A DNA stretch of 64,000 nt from an uncultured archaeon. GTDB lineage: Archaea; Asgardarchaeota; Thorarchaeia; Thorarchaeales; Thorarchaeaceae. Below the pieces are notes generated by a model. That model saw only the letters and a program-made list of their open reading frames with translations. It did not search any database and was not told the origin of the DNA. Positions within the stretch are counted from its first letter, which is position 1, and each line of letters starts with the position of its first letter. The stretch is taken from positions 96,001-160,000 of the forward strand of contig CAZLEV010000006.1 of assembly GCA_964558645.1 (NCBI GenBank), in the 5' to 3' direction. This document shows positions 55,561-64,000 of this stretch, one piece after another. The position numbers and the translations under genes are program-made.

Positions 55561-57504
55561 ATGAGTCAGCAGGAACTATCCTATGAAGATTTCTTCCCTT
55601 ATTCCTCCAAGAGGGCTGGACAGGCAGACATGATGGATAGGATAGAGGACTGTGTACGTGCTGGAAGAAATATACTCTGCGAGGCGCCAAATGGATTCGG
55701 GAAGACATGCGCCACTTTGTGTGCTATTCTGCCGTGGACTCAGAAACATAGGGGGAAGATTCTCTATTGCGCACGAACACATAGACAACTGGACCGCGTT
55801 GTCGAAGAACTTGGGCAAATTGAGGAAATGAGAAATGTTTCGGGACTGTCATTCCGTGGACGAAGCCATATGTGCATCAACAAGTTCGTGCTTGATAATG
55901 CGGATATGGTGGTTTCGATCAGCGAGATGTGCCAACAACTGAAAGCAGATGGCAAATGTGCCTTCTATGAGAGAACCCGGAAACTTGGTGACCCGGAGAA
56001 CCTTCTTGCAGAAATGCCGACGAAGATTCTGACTGCACCCGAAATAGCGAAGCTTGCAAGAAAACGAAGCTTATGTCCATACGAGCTGGCGAAAAGACTT
56101 GCAAGAGCTGTCGATGTGATAGCTCTTTCATACCTCTATGTATTTGATCCTTCCATTAGAGAAACCTTCATACCGGAGCTTGACTTTCCCATGTCTCGAG
56201 CAGTGCTTGTTCAAGATGAGGCTCACAATGTCCCATCCACTGCACTCGACTCAGCAAGTGAAAAGCTGACTCTGGGAACGATTCGCCAAGCAATGCGCGA
56301 AGGGCGCACCTACAACGATCAAGTTACCTATGACTTTTGCAGAGCTCTCGCGCAGTCTATCATCGATATATCCGCGGGTATCTCGAATAACGATGAAATG
56401 ATTGTGAACCCAGTTGGCATCTACGAGAAGGCAGTGGAGGAATCGGGAATTGGGGAAGCATCTCATCCGTTGACACATATGAACGAATTGGGCGCCAATA
56501 TTAGGAAGAACCAACTTCGCCATAGTAAACCTCCAAAATCAGCAATATACCGTGTCGCTGATTTCATGATAAACTGGCTGGACTATTCTGACAGAGATGA
56601 CTATGCATTTGTTCTTTCATCTGAGCTTAGAAGAACTCAGAGTAGAAGAATTGCCCTAGAAAGAGTAGCACTTGACCCCACCGCGATTACTACTCCCCTG
56701 CTTCAATTCCTCCGTTGTTCTATTGCTGTATCGGGTACGGCATCTCCGCTCTCTGCTTACGCTGAAATGCTTGGATTTGGGAAAGCCTCTGCGCAGGTGT
56801 CCTTTCGTAGCCCATTTAGCGATCAAACGAGGGTTGGCGTCGTTGTCGAGGGGGTGGATACGTCCTATAACGCACGTTCTGATGAGATGTTCACAAGGAT
56901 GGTTGAACATTGTGCTGTAGTAGTGGAAGCAACTCCCGGAAATACAGGGATTTTTACTACCAGTTACGGAATAGCTGCCGCCCTGCGGAAAGCAGGCCTG
57001 GAACGAAGAGTTTCAAAGAAGTTGTTCTTGGAAAAGCAGGGAGCTGCAGGAAAAGAGAATGATAAGATGATTGAAGAATTCAAGCTCCAAGGACAGAGTG
57101 GTGGCGCCGTGCTTTTAGGAGTACAAGGGGGTAGGAACTCGGAGGGAGGAGACTTCCCCGGCCCCACAATGGAGAGTGTTGTGGTTGTGGGGGTTCCTTA
57201 TGCTAGACCTACTCCACGTACTGAGGCTCTTATTTCCTACTATGACACACGTTTCAATGGCCGAGGGAGGGACTATGCATATGTTCTCCCTGCGATGACA
57301 AGAGCCATTCAGACTGCAGGGAGACCCGTTAGAAGACTTGACGATCGTGGAGTGATAGTCTTACTGGATCAGAGGTTCAACACGCCCTATCTCAAGAGGT
57401 TCATGCCGCATTGGCTTGGAGAGATAGTTCATAGTATTCCGGATAGCCCAACAATGCTCTCTTCTGTAGTGACAGATTTCTTCAGAGGGGCACATGTGGA
57501 GTGA
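55561..57504 (+). CDS. xpd: XPD/Rad3-family Fe-S DNA helicase
   Basis: FPY..R.GQ, APNGFGKT, Fe-S cysteines, DEAHN, QTAGRPVR, LDQRF. Confidence 0.92.
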   Translation: MSQQELSYEDFFPYSSKRAGQADMMDRIEDCVRAGRNILCEAPNGFGKTCATLCAILPWTQKHRGKILYCARTHRQLDRVVEELGQIEEMRNVSGLSFRGRSHMCINKFVLDNADMVVSISEMCQQLKADGKCAFYERTRKLGDPENLLAEMPTKILTAPEIAKLARKRSLCPYELAKRLARAVDVIALSYLYVFDPSIRETFIPELDFPMSRAVLVQDEAHNVPSTALDSASEKLTLGTIRQAMREGRTYNDQVTYDFCRALAQSIIDISAGISNNDEMIVNPVGIYEKAVEESGIGEASHPLTHMNELGANIRKNQLRHSKPPKSAIYRVADFMINWLDYSDRDDYAFVLSSELRRTQSRRIALERVALDPTAITTPLLQFLRCSIAVSGTASPLSAYAEMLGFGKASAQVSFRSPFSDQTRVGVVVEGVDTSYNARSDEMFTRMVEHCAVVVEATPGNTGIFTTSYGIAAALRKAGLERRVSKKLFLEKQGAAGKENDKMIEEFKLQGQSGGAVLLGVQGGRNSEGGDFPGPTMESVVVVGVPYARPTPRTEALISYYDTRFNGRGRDYAYVLPAMTRAIQTAGRPVRRLDDRGVIVLLDQRFNTPYLKRFMPHWLGEIVHSIPDSPTMLSSVVTDFFRGAHVE

Positions 57505-58258
57505 TAATCTCCTCTAGTGAGAGAGTGCCTGATAGCAGTTCTTCTGCTTCGCCCGTAGATATCTCAACACATCCATTGGTTAGTCTGCTGACGAGCCGCT
57601 TGAGCGAACGGATATAGCCAGTTCTTGGTTCCAGCTGCAGACTCGCAGATGTAATCGACTCGCCAGGTCTAAGGGCGATGAGCATAGCCGATGATATATC
57701 CGCATCGGGGCCTTTGGTAATGGTGGTATGATGCTCGTCTACCAGTTCGATGTCAGTCGATGATTTGGCAGCTAGTATCGGTCGAACAACAAGCACTCTA
57801 TAGAGAGGGGATCCTGACCCTACTCGGACTAGAAAACGACACTCAGGATAGGTTTCCGAGATGTAATTGTTCCAGCCAGATACGATATTTGCAGCCCTCA
57901 GAGGGGATCGAGTGACATGTGTCGATACCGCTATCTCATCCATATTCAGTGCAAGACCGTATCTGAAACCGGGGTCAATGCCTGCAACGACCAACGATGG
58001 CGCGGAGATATCATTCAGACGCATAAGAATCTCGATTCGCACTTGTTCCTCATCTGGTATCTCTCCGAGTAGAACAAGACGCGGATCGGACAGATCTGGC
58101 GCTTCATCTTGAGTAGACAAGAGAACCTTGGTGAGAGTGCAGGCCTCATCATCCGGCGTACAGACTATGGAAGAGAGCTCAAGTTTCTTAAGAATCTCCA
58201 GAGTCAAATAGAGAGTCTTGGGTTTTTCCGTAGCAACAGCAATCTCTGGATGTGACAT
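57482..58258 (-). CDS. Hypothetical protein with RNase H-like motif
   Basis: VAGIDPG..YGLA, RVG.G, VDEHHTT, D..SA..IA. Confidence 0.7.
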   Translation of the reverse strand: MSHPEIAVATEKPKTLYLTLEILKKLELSSIVCTPDDEACTLTKVLLSTQDEAPDLSDPRLVLLGEIPDEEQVRIEILMRLNDISAPSLVVAGIDPGFRYGLALNMDEIAVSTHVTRSPLRAANIVSGWNNYISETYPECRFLVRVGSGSPLYRVLVVRPILAAKSSTDIELVDEHHTTITKGPDADISSAMLIALRPGESITSASLQLEPRTGYIRSLKRLVSRLTNGCVEISTGEAEELLSGTLSLEEIITPHVPL

Positions 58259-58328
58259 GCTCTATTTGTCCTCTCTTGAGCTAACCTTATCACTCTGATG
58301 ATATATGCCGCTTGTGGTGATATTATCC

Positions 58329-59018
58329 TTGACTCTTCCGTCGAGAATCTCAAGACTTGATTTGATGCTCGGGGGTGGAATTCGTACAGGTGATATCACA
58401 CATGTCTACGGAATGGCAGGTTCGGGAAAGACAACTCTAGCACTTGAATTCGTCATGTCAGCTGTTCGAATGGGCTATCACACAATATACGTGAACTCGG
58501 AGGGGTCTTCGCCAATTGAGAGAATAGAACAGATGTCTGGAAGTCCCTACCAGGAGCTTGTGGACTCCATCAACATCATTGTGCCCAAGAACTTCGGAGA
58601 ACAAGGAGAAATCATCGAGGATCTCAATCTATATGCCCCAAAGACTACACGTCTTATCGTGGTTGATACTCTGACACGGTTGTACAGGGCCTCATTGGAT
58701 GACAAAAAGACAAATTACGCCGCGCATAGAGAACTGAACAGACAGGCAGGTTTGCTGAAAGGGATTGCTAGGCAAAGGGATATTGCAGTCTTGGTTTTGA
58801 ATCAAGTCAGAGCAAAACTAGATGGTTCTGATGATTTCGAGCCTGTGGCAAGAAATATCATGGAATACTGGTCAGACGTGACATTGAAAGTGTTGATTGG
58901 AAAAACAGACGCTGAGAGACTGATAAAGAGAACCGACTTCCCATCAGATAGACTCTGTATAAGAGTCACAATTCAAAATCAAGGATTGGTCGGCGAAGAT
59001 AACACACAGCAAGAGTGA
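58329..59018 (+). CDS. radB: RadB/RecA-family ATPase
   Basis: LDLMLGGG, YGMAGSGKT, IVVD, VLVLNQV; no N-terminal RadA domain. Confidence 0.85.
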   Translation: MTLPSRISRLDLMLGGGIRTGDITHVYGMAGSGKTTLALEFVMSAVRMGYHTIYVNSEGSSPIERIEQMSGSPYQELVDSINIIVPKNFGEQGEIIEDLNLYAPKTTRLIVVDTLTRLYRASLDDKKTNYAAHRELNRQAGLLKGIARQRDIAVLVLNQVRAKLDGSDDFEPVARNIMEYWSDVTLKVLIGKTDAERLIKRTDFPSDRLCIRVTIQNQGLVGEDNTQQE

Positions 59019-59057
59019 AAAACACAGAATCAGGAAACGGAAAGGGAGCGCCACTAG

Positions 59058-59618
59058 ATGTACGAGGAGATAGTAATCATCGAGCTAGCATTGTGGCTCG
59101 GCTTACCTGCTTGGATAGCCAATTCTACCCCCGTAGTCTTTGGGGGTGGTGCTCCCATTGATAGAGGAAAGACACTCAGTGACGGAAGACGAATACTGGG
59201 GGATGGAAAGACCCTTCGCGGGTTCATCGCAGGGGTTCTGTGTGGAACTCTTACGGGGATAGTACAGATCTCCATCGCACCACTTCTCTTGCCGATACTT
59301 TCCAACTATGTGGTTGTCACGGTAGTCATGGAGGAGATTCTCCTCATGTCAGTGCCTGTTGTTATGTTACTCTCAGTGGGGGCCCTTCTTGGGGACATGA
59401 TAGGGTCGTTTCTCAAGAGAAGAGTTGGACTTCAAAGCGGAGGCCCTGCACCTGTACTAGATCAGCTTGGGTTTATCATTGCAGCACTTGCATTAGCCTC
59501 TCCACTCATACAACCTAGTGCCATTTACGTCATTGTACTCGTTTCCGTGACCCTACTAGCACACTGGATAACCAATGTACTGGGATACCTTTTGGGACTG
59601 AAAGAGAACCCTTGGTGA
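59058..59618 (+). CDS. carS: CDP-archaeol synthase
   Basis: PAWIANSTPV, DGRRILGDGKT, GDMIGSFLKRR, LDQL, K.NPW. Confidence 0.95.
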   Translation: MYEEIVIIELALWLGLPAWIANSTPVVFGGGAPIDRGKTLSDGRRILGDGKTLRGFIAGVLCGTLTGIVQISIAPLLLPILSNYVVVTVVMEEILLMSVPVVMLLSVGALLGDMIGSFLKRRVGLQSGGPAPVLDQLGFIIAALALASPLIQPSAIYVIVLVSVTLLAHWITNVLGYLLGLKENPW

Positions 59619-59783
59619 GAAGAGCACCTGAAAGAAGCATACAGATGTGTAGGTAAGCCCAAGGATAGATTAAAAAGGTCGGCGAGTGTCCTTATCACAT
59701 TCTGTTGTGTCGGCTAAGACCAAAGTATCCCAGCAGAGTCTAATCGACCCACTAAATTTCTCAGTACCGGAGTCGCTTCAACA

Positions 59784-60635
59784 ATGAAGGTATCAGATTG
59801 CATGCAGTCAGACATAGTCTATGTGTCCGTTCCTGGCACGAGAGAAGACGTTCTGCAGATTATGGCAGAACAAGAAATCATGGGCTTGCCAGTAGTAAAG
59901 AAGGGAACCAAGAAACTCGTAGGAATTGTGACCAGGACTGACCTATTGAAGAAGGCAGATGAGAATCAACTGGCTATGTTGATGGTGCGAGACCCAAAGA
60001 CCGTCACCCCAAGATCGGAAATCAAGACAGCCGCAAAGATAATGTTAGAGAACGACTTCCGCAGACTTCCAGTTGTTGACAATGACGAATTGGTTGGGCT
60101 CATCACTATAGCCGATATTTTGAGTGCGGTATTGGTAGGCAACGATAAATTTGAGCAGATGGATGTACGCAATTTCGTGAAGAAACAAGTGAATGCGGTC
60201 TGGGAAGAAACCCCCCTGCCGCTTTCGTATCTCATTATGGAAATGGCAGATGTTACAAGTTTAGTGGTACTGAATGCTGCTGGCGGAATCACAGGGATGA
60301 TTTCTGTTAGCGATTTCGTGCGGCTATCTGAAGTGACCATAGAAGACAATATCTCGAAGACCTATAGCGGCTCTGATAGCGCGGCGGACTGGGGTTGGAC
60401 GTCAAAGGACTTCTTAGTTGTAACTAAGAAACTACTGAAACTGCCGAATGTGTCCATAGAAGCCATTATGACCAAGAACATAATAACAGTGAGTGAGGTC
60501 ACAACTGTTTCGGAATGTGTTCAGATACTTAGAAAGAATAACATTGACCAAGCACCCGCTATTTCAGCCACGGGTAACCTCATTGGTATGATTGAAGACA
60601 GAAGTCTGCTGCAGCTAGCGCTGGAGCATTCTTGA
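59784..60635 (+). CDS. CBS-domain protein (two Bateman pairs)
   Basis: LPVV...LVGIVT.TDL, FRRLPVVD..LVGLIT.ADI. Confidence 0.92.
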   Translation: MKVSDCMQSDIVYVSVPGTREDVLQIMAEQEIMGLPVVKKGTKKLVGIVTRTDLLKKADENQLAMLMVRDPKTVTPRSEIKTAAKIMLENDFRRLPVVDNDELVGLITIADILSAVLVGNDKFEQMDVRNFVKKQVNAVWEETPLPLSYLIMEMADVTSLVVLNAAGGITGMISVSDFVRLSEVTIEDNISKTYSGSDSAADWGWTSKDFLVVTKKLLKLPNVSIEAIMTKNIITVSEVTTVSECVQILRKNNIDQAPAISATGNLIGMIEDRSLLQLALEHS

Positions 60636-63600
60636 TCAATTGAGGAAATCTTCAATGCATGTCTGTTCTGAAATGAAGAGAGAGTCCAAAGCTGACTGTA
60701 TCAGGCGCAACCTCTGCCCAAGATAACCGCCAAGTCTATTATCAGCAATAATCTTCTTTGATATTTCAAGGTACTTCGAGATGTTCTTCTGACCAACCGT
60801 CAGAGAGAGTGGAGAGCCACATTCACAAACACCAGATAACGGAATTCTTCTGTATACACGATTACACCTTCGGCATTGAATCTTCTGGGTAGAATATGCG
60901 CGAAGATTACCACGGATATCGCGAATGAAATGATGGGAGATGACTCGTTCGGCCACATCTTCTTCATCTACTGCAGCAATCAGCTTCGCAAGCTTCAGCT
61001 GTGCCTCAAGCTTCTCAATCATGCTACCCAGAGTCTTATAGCGCGAGTTCTTGGGTCCAAGGTCAAAGGAACTTGTTCCGTGGGTGAACTGAAAACCCTC
61101 ATACTGTGCTTCTGAGTCCAAACGGTTGGCAACAATATCTACAAGCGATTCCACCTCTCGAGGATGCTTTGCCTTTGAAACATGCCGATAGAATTCTGCA
61201 GGATATCGGCTACAAACCTCCATGTTATGACTCTCATCATCGACTTCTTCCGGGTTCAGAATCACAGACAACACTAGAGGGGCATCCATGAATCCTCCAC
61301 GTCCAGCAGGGAGATATGCCTTTGAGAAGTTGATGAGGGCATCCATCACGAGTATCAAGGCGTCTTCATCACCATCACAGTTGCGTCTCTTTGCAGCATG
61401 CCAGTATGGGTGTGCGTAGCAAACACTAGCGTTGGTGAATCCAATAATCCGACCAATGATTCCTGCAGAAGTGTGTGGAGCAAGTCCAATGACCAGTGCA
61501 CCAAGGATATCTTCTTGATTCTTGAACTCGTAGTACCGATCCAGTCCATAAATCTTCTCCAGACAGTCATCTATGAAAAGAGCGACCCGTACCATGTAGT
61601 CTGCACACTTTTCGGGTACTATGAGATCTTGCACCTTCAGTTCGACTACTTGCTCCTCAGAGGTTAACTTTTCACCATTGATATCTATGCTGTATCCCAG
61701 ATCACTCAGTTTGGAAACCGAAACACCAGTCTCCCTAGGTATGAAGTGAGTAAGGGGAGCGTCTGTTGCATCAAATCGAGCAGTACCGTCCCGGTAGCAG
61801 TACACGTCATGCTTCGCCCTTAAAATCCCCTTTCCTAAGTATTCTGGGATTTTGTAGTCATTGGTGAGCCCAAGCACACCCTTGACGCCGTATGTCTGGT
61901 GCTCTCCAAGGTCTTCTTTAACGCGTTCAATGAGTGAGCTAAGATATAGAGGTAATGGAGTCCACTTTGTTGCTCTTATTAGATTTATATCATGATTGCG
62001 GGAACAGCGACCTGTATTTTCGTCAATGGTTTCACCGCAGCCTTCATGGGAACACCATCTTCGGATTAGAGTATGGATTCCGCATCGATAGCATCTAGAC
62101 TCGAAGGTTTCTTCCCCACAACTTGGGCAGACTCTAGAAACCAATTCAACATCAAAACCAGATTTGCGATGCACCGGTGGATTCACTTCATAGAGAGTTG
62201 TCTGATTCCGGGAGGGGTCGTTCTCTCTTGCAACCTTCTCGATTTCCCGTTCAGTCCCCAATGCACGACCAACGGGGAAAAGTGCTTGAACTGCCGGACG
62301 CATCTTTCGGGCTTCAGCTTTCTCAGGACGACCCATCCGGGCACCTATAGAGAACCCGAGTTTGTCACGGATCTCAACAGTGGAATGGGAATTGATGAAT
62401 TCAACCACCGGTCTGTTCGAGGGAGGAGAGTTCCTATCACCTATCTGAGCTTGGACTGTAACAGGATGATCGAGCAGTTCCATATGTCGTCCTCTATCCC
62501 GCAACGTATGAGAAACACCGAGGCGCTCTAAGTACTCTTTATGTTGAATACTGGCTGGCAATACTATCCGTTCCAGACCTTCAACCTTGACGGTGTTTCC
62601 CTCATCCAAGATCCAGTTACGGAGTTCTGCGGCCTCCTCTGTGGACAATACTCTCCATCTGTAAACATAGCGTGGATGAAGAGGCACTTCAAGGATATCA
62701 GAAGTAACAACGGCCTCCTCAGGAGATGGTATTTCACCGAGTGGAGATTGAATCCAAGACTCAAGTCGGTCATAGTCAATCCCTATCTCTTCCAGTGCCT
62801 TTTCAAGGGCCTTCTTTGTTTTCTTGCTGCAGGCCTCCTCCAAGTCATGAGACCACCACTCCTCGCAATACCCTGCGGGCACCAAAGGATGATTATTCTC
62901 CAGAAACTCTCCAAGGGCAACCAAGATGTCTCCCAGAAAGATAATTCGTTCGAGACTCTCGCCTATCGTTCTTGCCTCTTCAACATCACTAACTTGTTTG
63001 ACTGTGCCATCTCTTAGAAGCACAACCGGGCCCTCAATAGTATCTACAGGTGCGACAATCGATCCTTTTCCAGGGCGTTCTGTCCGAATGTGAGTTCCGG
63101 GTGCCAGAAACTCGTCAACCATATACATGGTCGCAGGGTGAATGCCTACTCCCGCCAATCCCGTGTTTCTGGATCGTCCATATCGTAGACGAAAACCCCC
63201 GTTTCGAGAGGGGTGGGAGAAGACAGGGCGACCACCAATGACGTCTGCTAAGTAATCCTCCTTGGGAGAGAGCGGACTCTTTTGTGACTTCTTCTTAGAT
63301 GAGTCAGACTTAGACATCTTTCTTGCTATCTCTTGGAGCCAGTCCCAGCCCGGCATTTCTAGTCTATTGACAATCTTCGCAAGCTTGGCAGCCCTACCGA
63401 CCACTCCATCATTCAACACAAGAACCGATCCACCTCTGACACGATTCGTCTCTATTCGTTCCAAATCCCGACTCCCTGATACCTCAAACTCTTCAGTGGG
63501 TTCGCCTGTTAGCATTATGGGTAGGTTAGAGGCAGCAAACCGTATCAATTCGGGGTGCACAGGATACTGAAGGTGCACATTTCGTGCATAGAGTTCCACC

Positions 63601-64000
63601 TCCTCGAGAGCACGTTCAACCTCGTCGTCGGTCGGTAAAAGAGGGGGTAGACCCAAAACTTGCCGAACGTAGTCAGCAACAAGGACTGTCACTGCAGCCT
63701 CCGTACCCCCGGCAGCTCTGATTGGTCCTGCGAGGTAGAGTGCAAGATACTTGGAATCGCCTGATCCACGGATTCGTACTTTGGAAATTCCCTCCAAGGG
63801 GGCAGCCGTTATGCTCTCAGTGAGTATTGCTAGAGCAACGCGGACGGCTTTGTCTGCTGCTTTCTCTGAATCTTCAAATTCGCCCAGTGACTTCTCAGCT
63901 ATCTCTCGGGCGATTGTGAATGCAACTTCTTCCCTTGACATGGTCTTCTGGAGCTCACGAATGCGCCTTGCCACCCCAACTGGCCCTTCAAGAGTTGCTT
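60636..64000 (-). CDS. polC: DNA polymerase II large subunit DP2 (5' end outside the window)
   Basis: APLEGI, GPIRAAGGT, RLRYGRSRN, RMGRPEK, HAAKRRNCDGDED; frame open to the window edge. Confidence 0.97.
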   Translation of the reverse strand, partial: ATLEGPVGVARRIRELQKTMSREEVAFTIAREIAEKSLGEFEDSEKAADKAVRVALAILTESITAAPLEGISKVRIRGSGDSKYLALYLAGPIRAAGGTEAAVTVLVADYVRQVLGLPPLLPTDDEVERALEEVELYARNVHLQYPVHPELIRFAASNLPIMLTGEPTEEFEVSGSRDLERIETNRVRGGSVLVLNDGVVGRAAKLAKIVNRLEMPGWDWLQEIARKMSKSDSSKKKSQKSPLSPKEDYLADVIGGRPVFSHPSRNGGFRLRYGRSRNTGLAGVGIHPATMYMVDEFLAPGTHIRTERPGKGSIVAPVDTIEGPVVLLRDGTVKQVSDVEEARTIGESLERIIFLGDILVALGEFLENNHPLVPAGYCEEWWSHDLEEACSKKTKKALEKALEEIGIDYDRLESWIQSPLGEIPSPEEAVVTSDILEVPLHPRYVYRWRVLSTEEAAELRNWILDEGNTVKVEGLERIVLPASIQHKEYLERLGVSHTLRDRGRHMELLDHPVTVQAQIGDRNSPPSNRPVVEFINSHSTVEIRDKLGFSIGARMGRPEKAEARKMRPAVQALFPVGRALGTEREIEKVARENDPSRNQTTLYEVNPPVHRKSGFDVELVSRVCPSCGEETFESRCYRCGIHTLIRRWCSHEGCGETIDENTGRCSRNHDINLIRATKWTPLPLYLSSLIERVKEDLGEHQTYGVKGVLGLTNDYKIPEYLGKGILRAKHDVYCYRDGTARFDATDAPLTHFIPRETGVSVSKLSDLGYSIDINGEKLTSEEQVVELKVQDLIVPEKCADYMVRVALFIDDCLEKIYGLDRYYEFKNQEDILGALVIGLAPHTSAGIIGRIIGFTNASVCYAHPYWHAAKRRNCDGDEDALILVMDALINFSKAYLPAGRGGFMDAPLVLSVILNPEEVDDESHNMEVCSRYPAEFYRHVSKAKHPREVESLVDIVANRLDSEAQYEGFQFTHGTSSFDLGPKNSRYKTLGSMIEKLEAQLKLAKLIAAVDEEDVAERVISHHFIRDIRGNLRAYSTQKIQCRRCNRVYRRIPLSGVCECGSPLSLTVGQKNISKYLEISKKIIADNRLGGYLGQRLRLIQSALDSLFISEQTCIEDFLN

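Noticed and set aside
60630-60641. CBS and DP2 stop codons abut as the palindrome TTGATCAA
   Set aside because: A trivial consequence of two convergent TGA stops
61360-61420. Intein at the DP2 KRRN/CDGDED site
   Set aside because: The motif is contiguous, so the site is empty

Overview
This is an archaeal chromosome segment. The gene set (DP2, Taw1, CarS, aIF2alpha, Nop10, eukaryote-like STT3, OSTC/DC2-like, PAC4-like, Vps29-like, LRR protein) points to an Asgard archaeon, probably Thorarchaeia; the lineage is my inference. Most of 1-22 kb and 40.4-64 kb is housekeeping. An accessory region (about 22-40 kb) ends at the 3' end of a tRNA-Lys(CTT). Main observations: (1) a tRNA-Asn(GTT) gene at 1227-1422 split by four ~30-nt hairpin introns with BHB-like junctions, which splices to a normal 76-nt cloverleaf. 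(2) A large 718-aa TnpB/Cas12-like RuvC protein with intact catalytic residues and no TnpA or CRISPR array. Its 3'-terminal double hairpin (putative omegaRNA/right end) recurs as a stand-alone inverted copy 12 kb away with a different flanking 'guide', whose first 10 nt match the tRNA-Lys gene. (3) A divergent 1561-aa PD-(D/E)XK-like protein followed by a degenerate inverted copy of the tRNA-Lys promoter region. (4) A secreted linalool dehydratase/isomerase homologue, and a NosL-like/ABC/Cys-rich membrane cluster. All protein calls come from motif recognition only; no searches were run.
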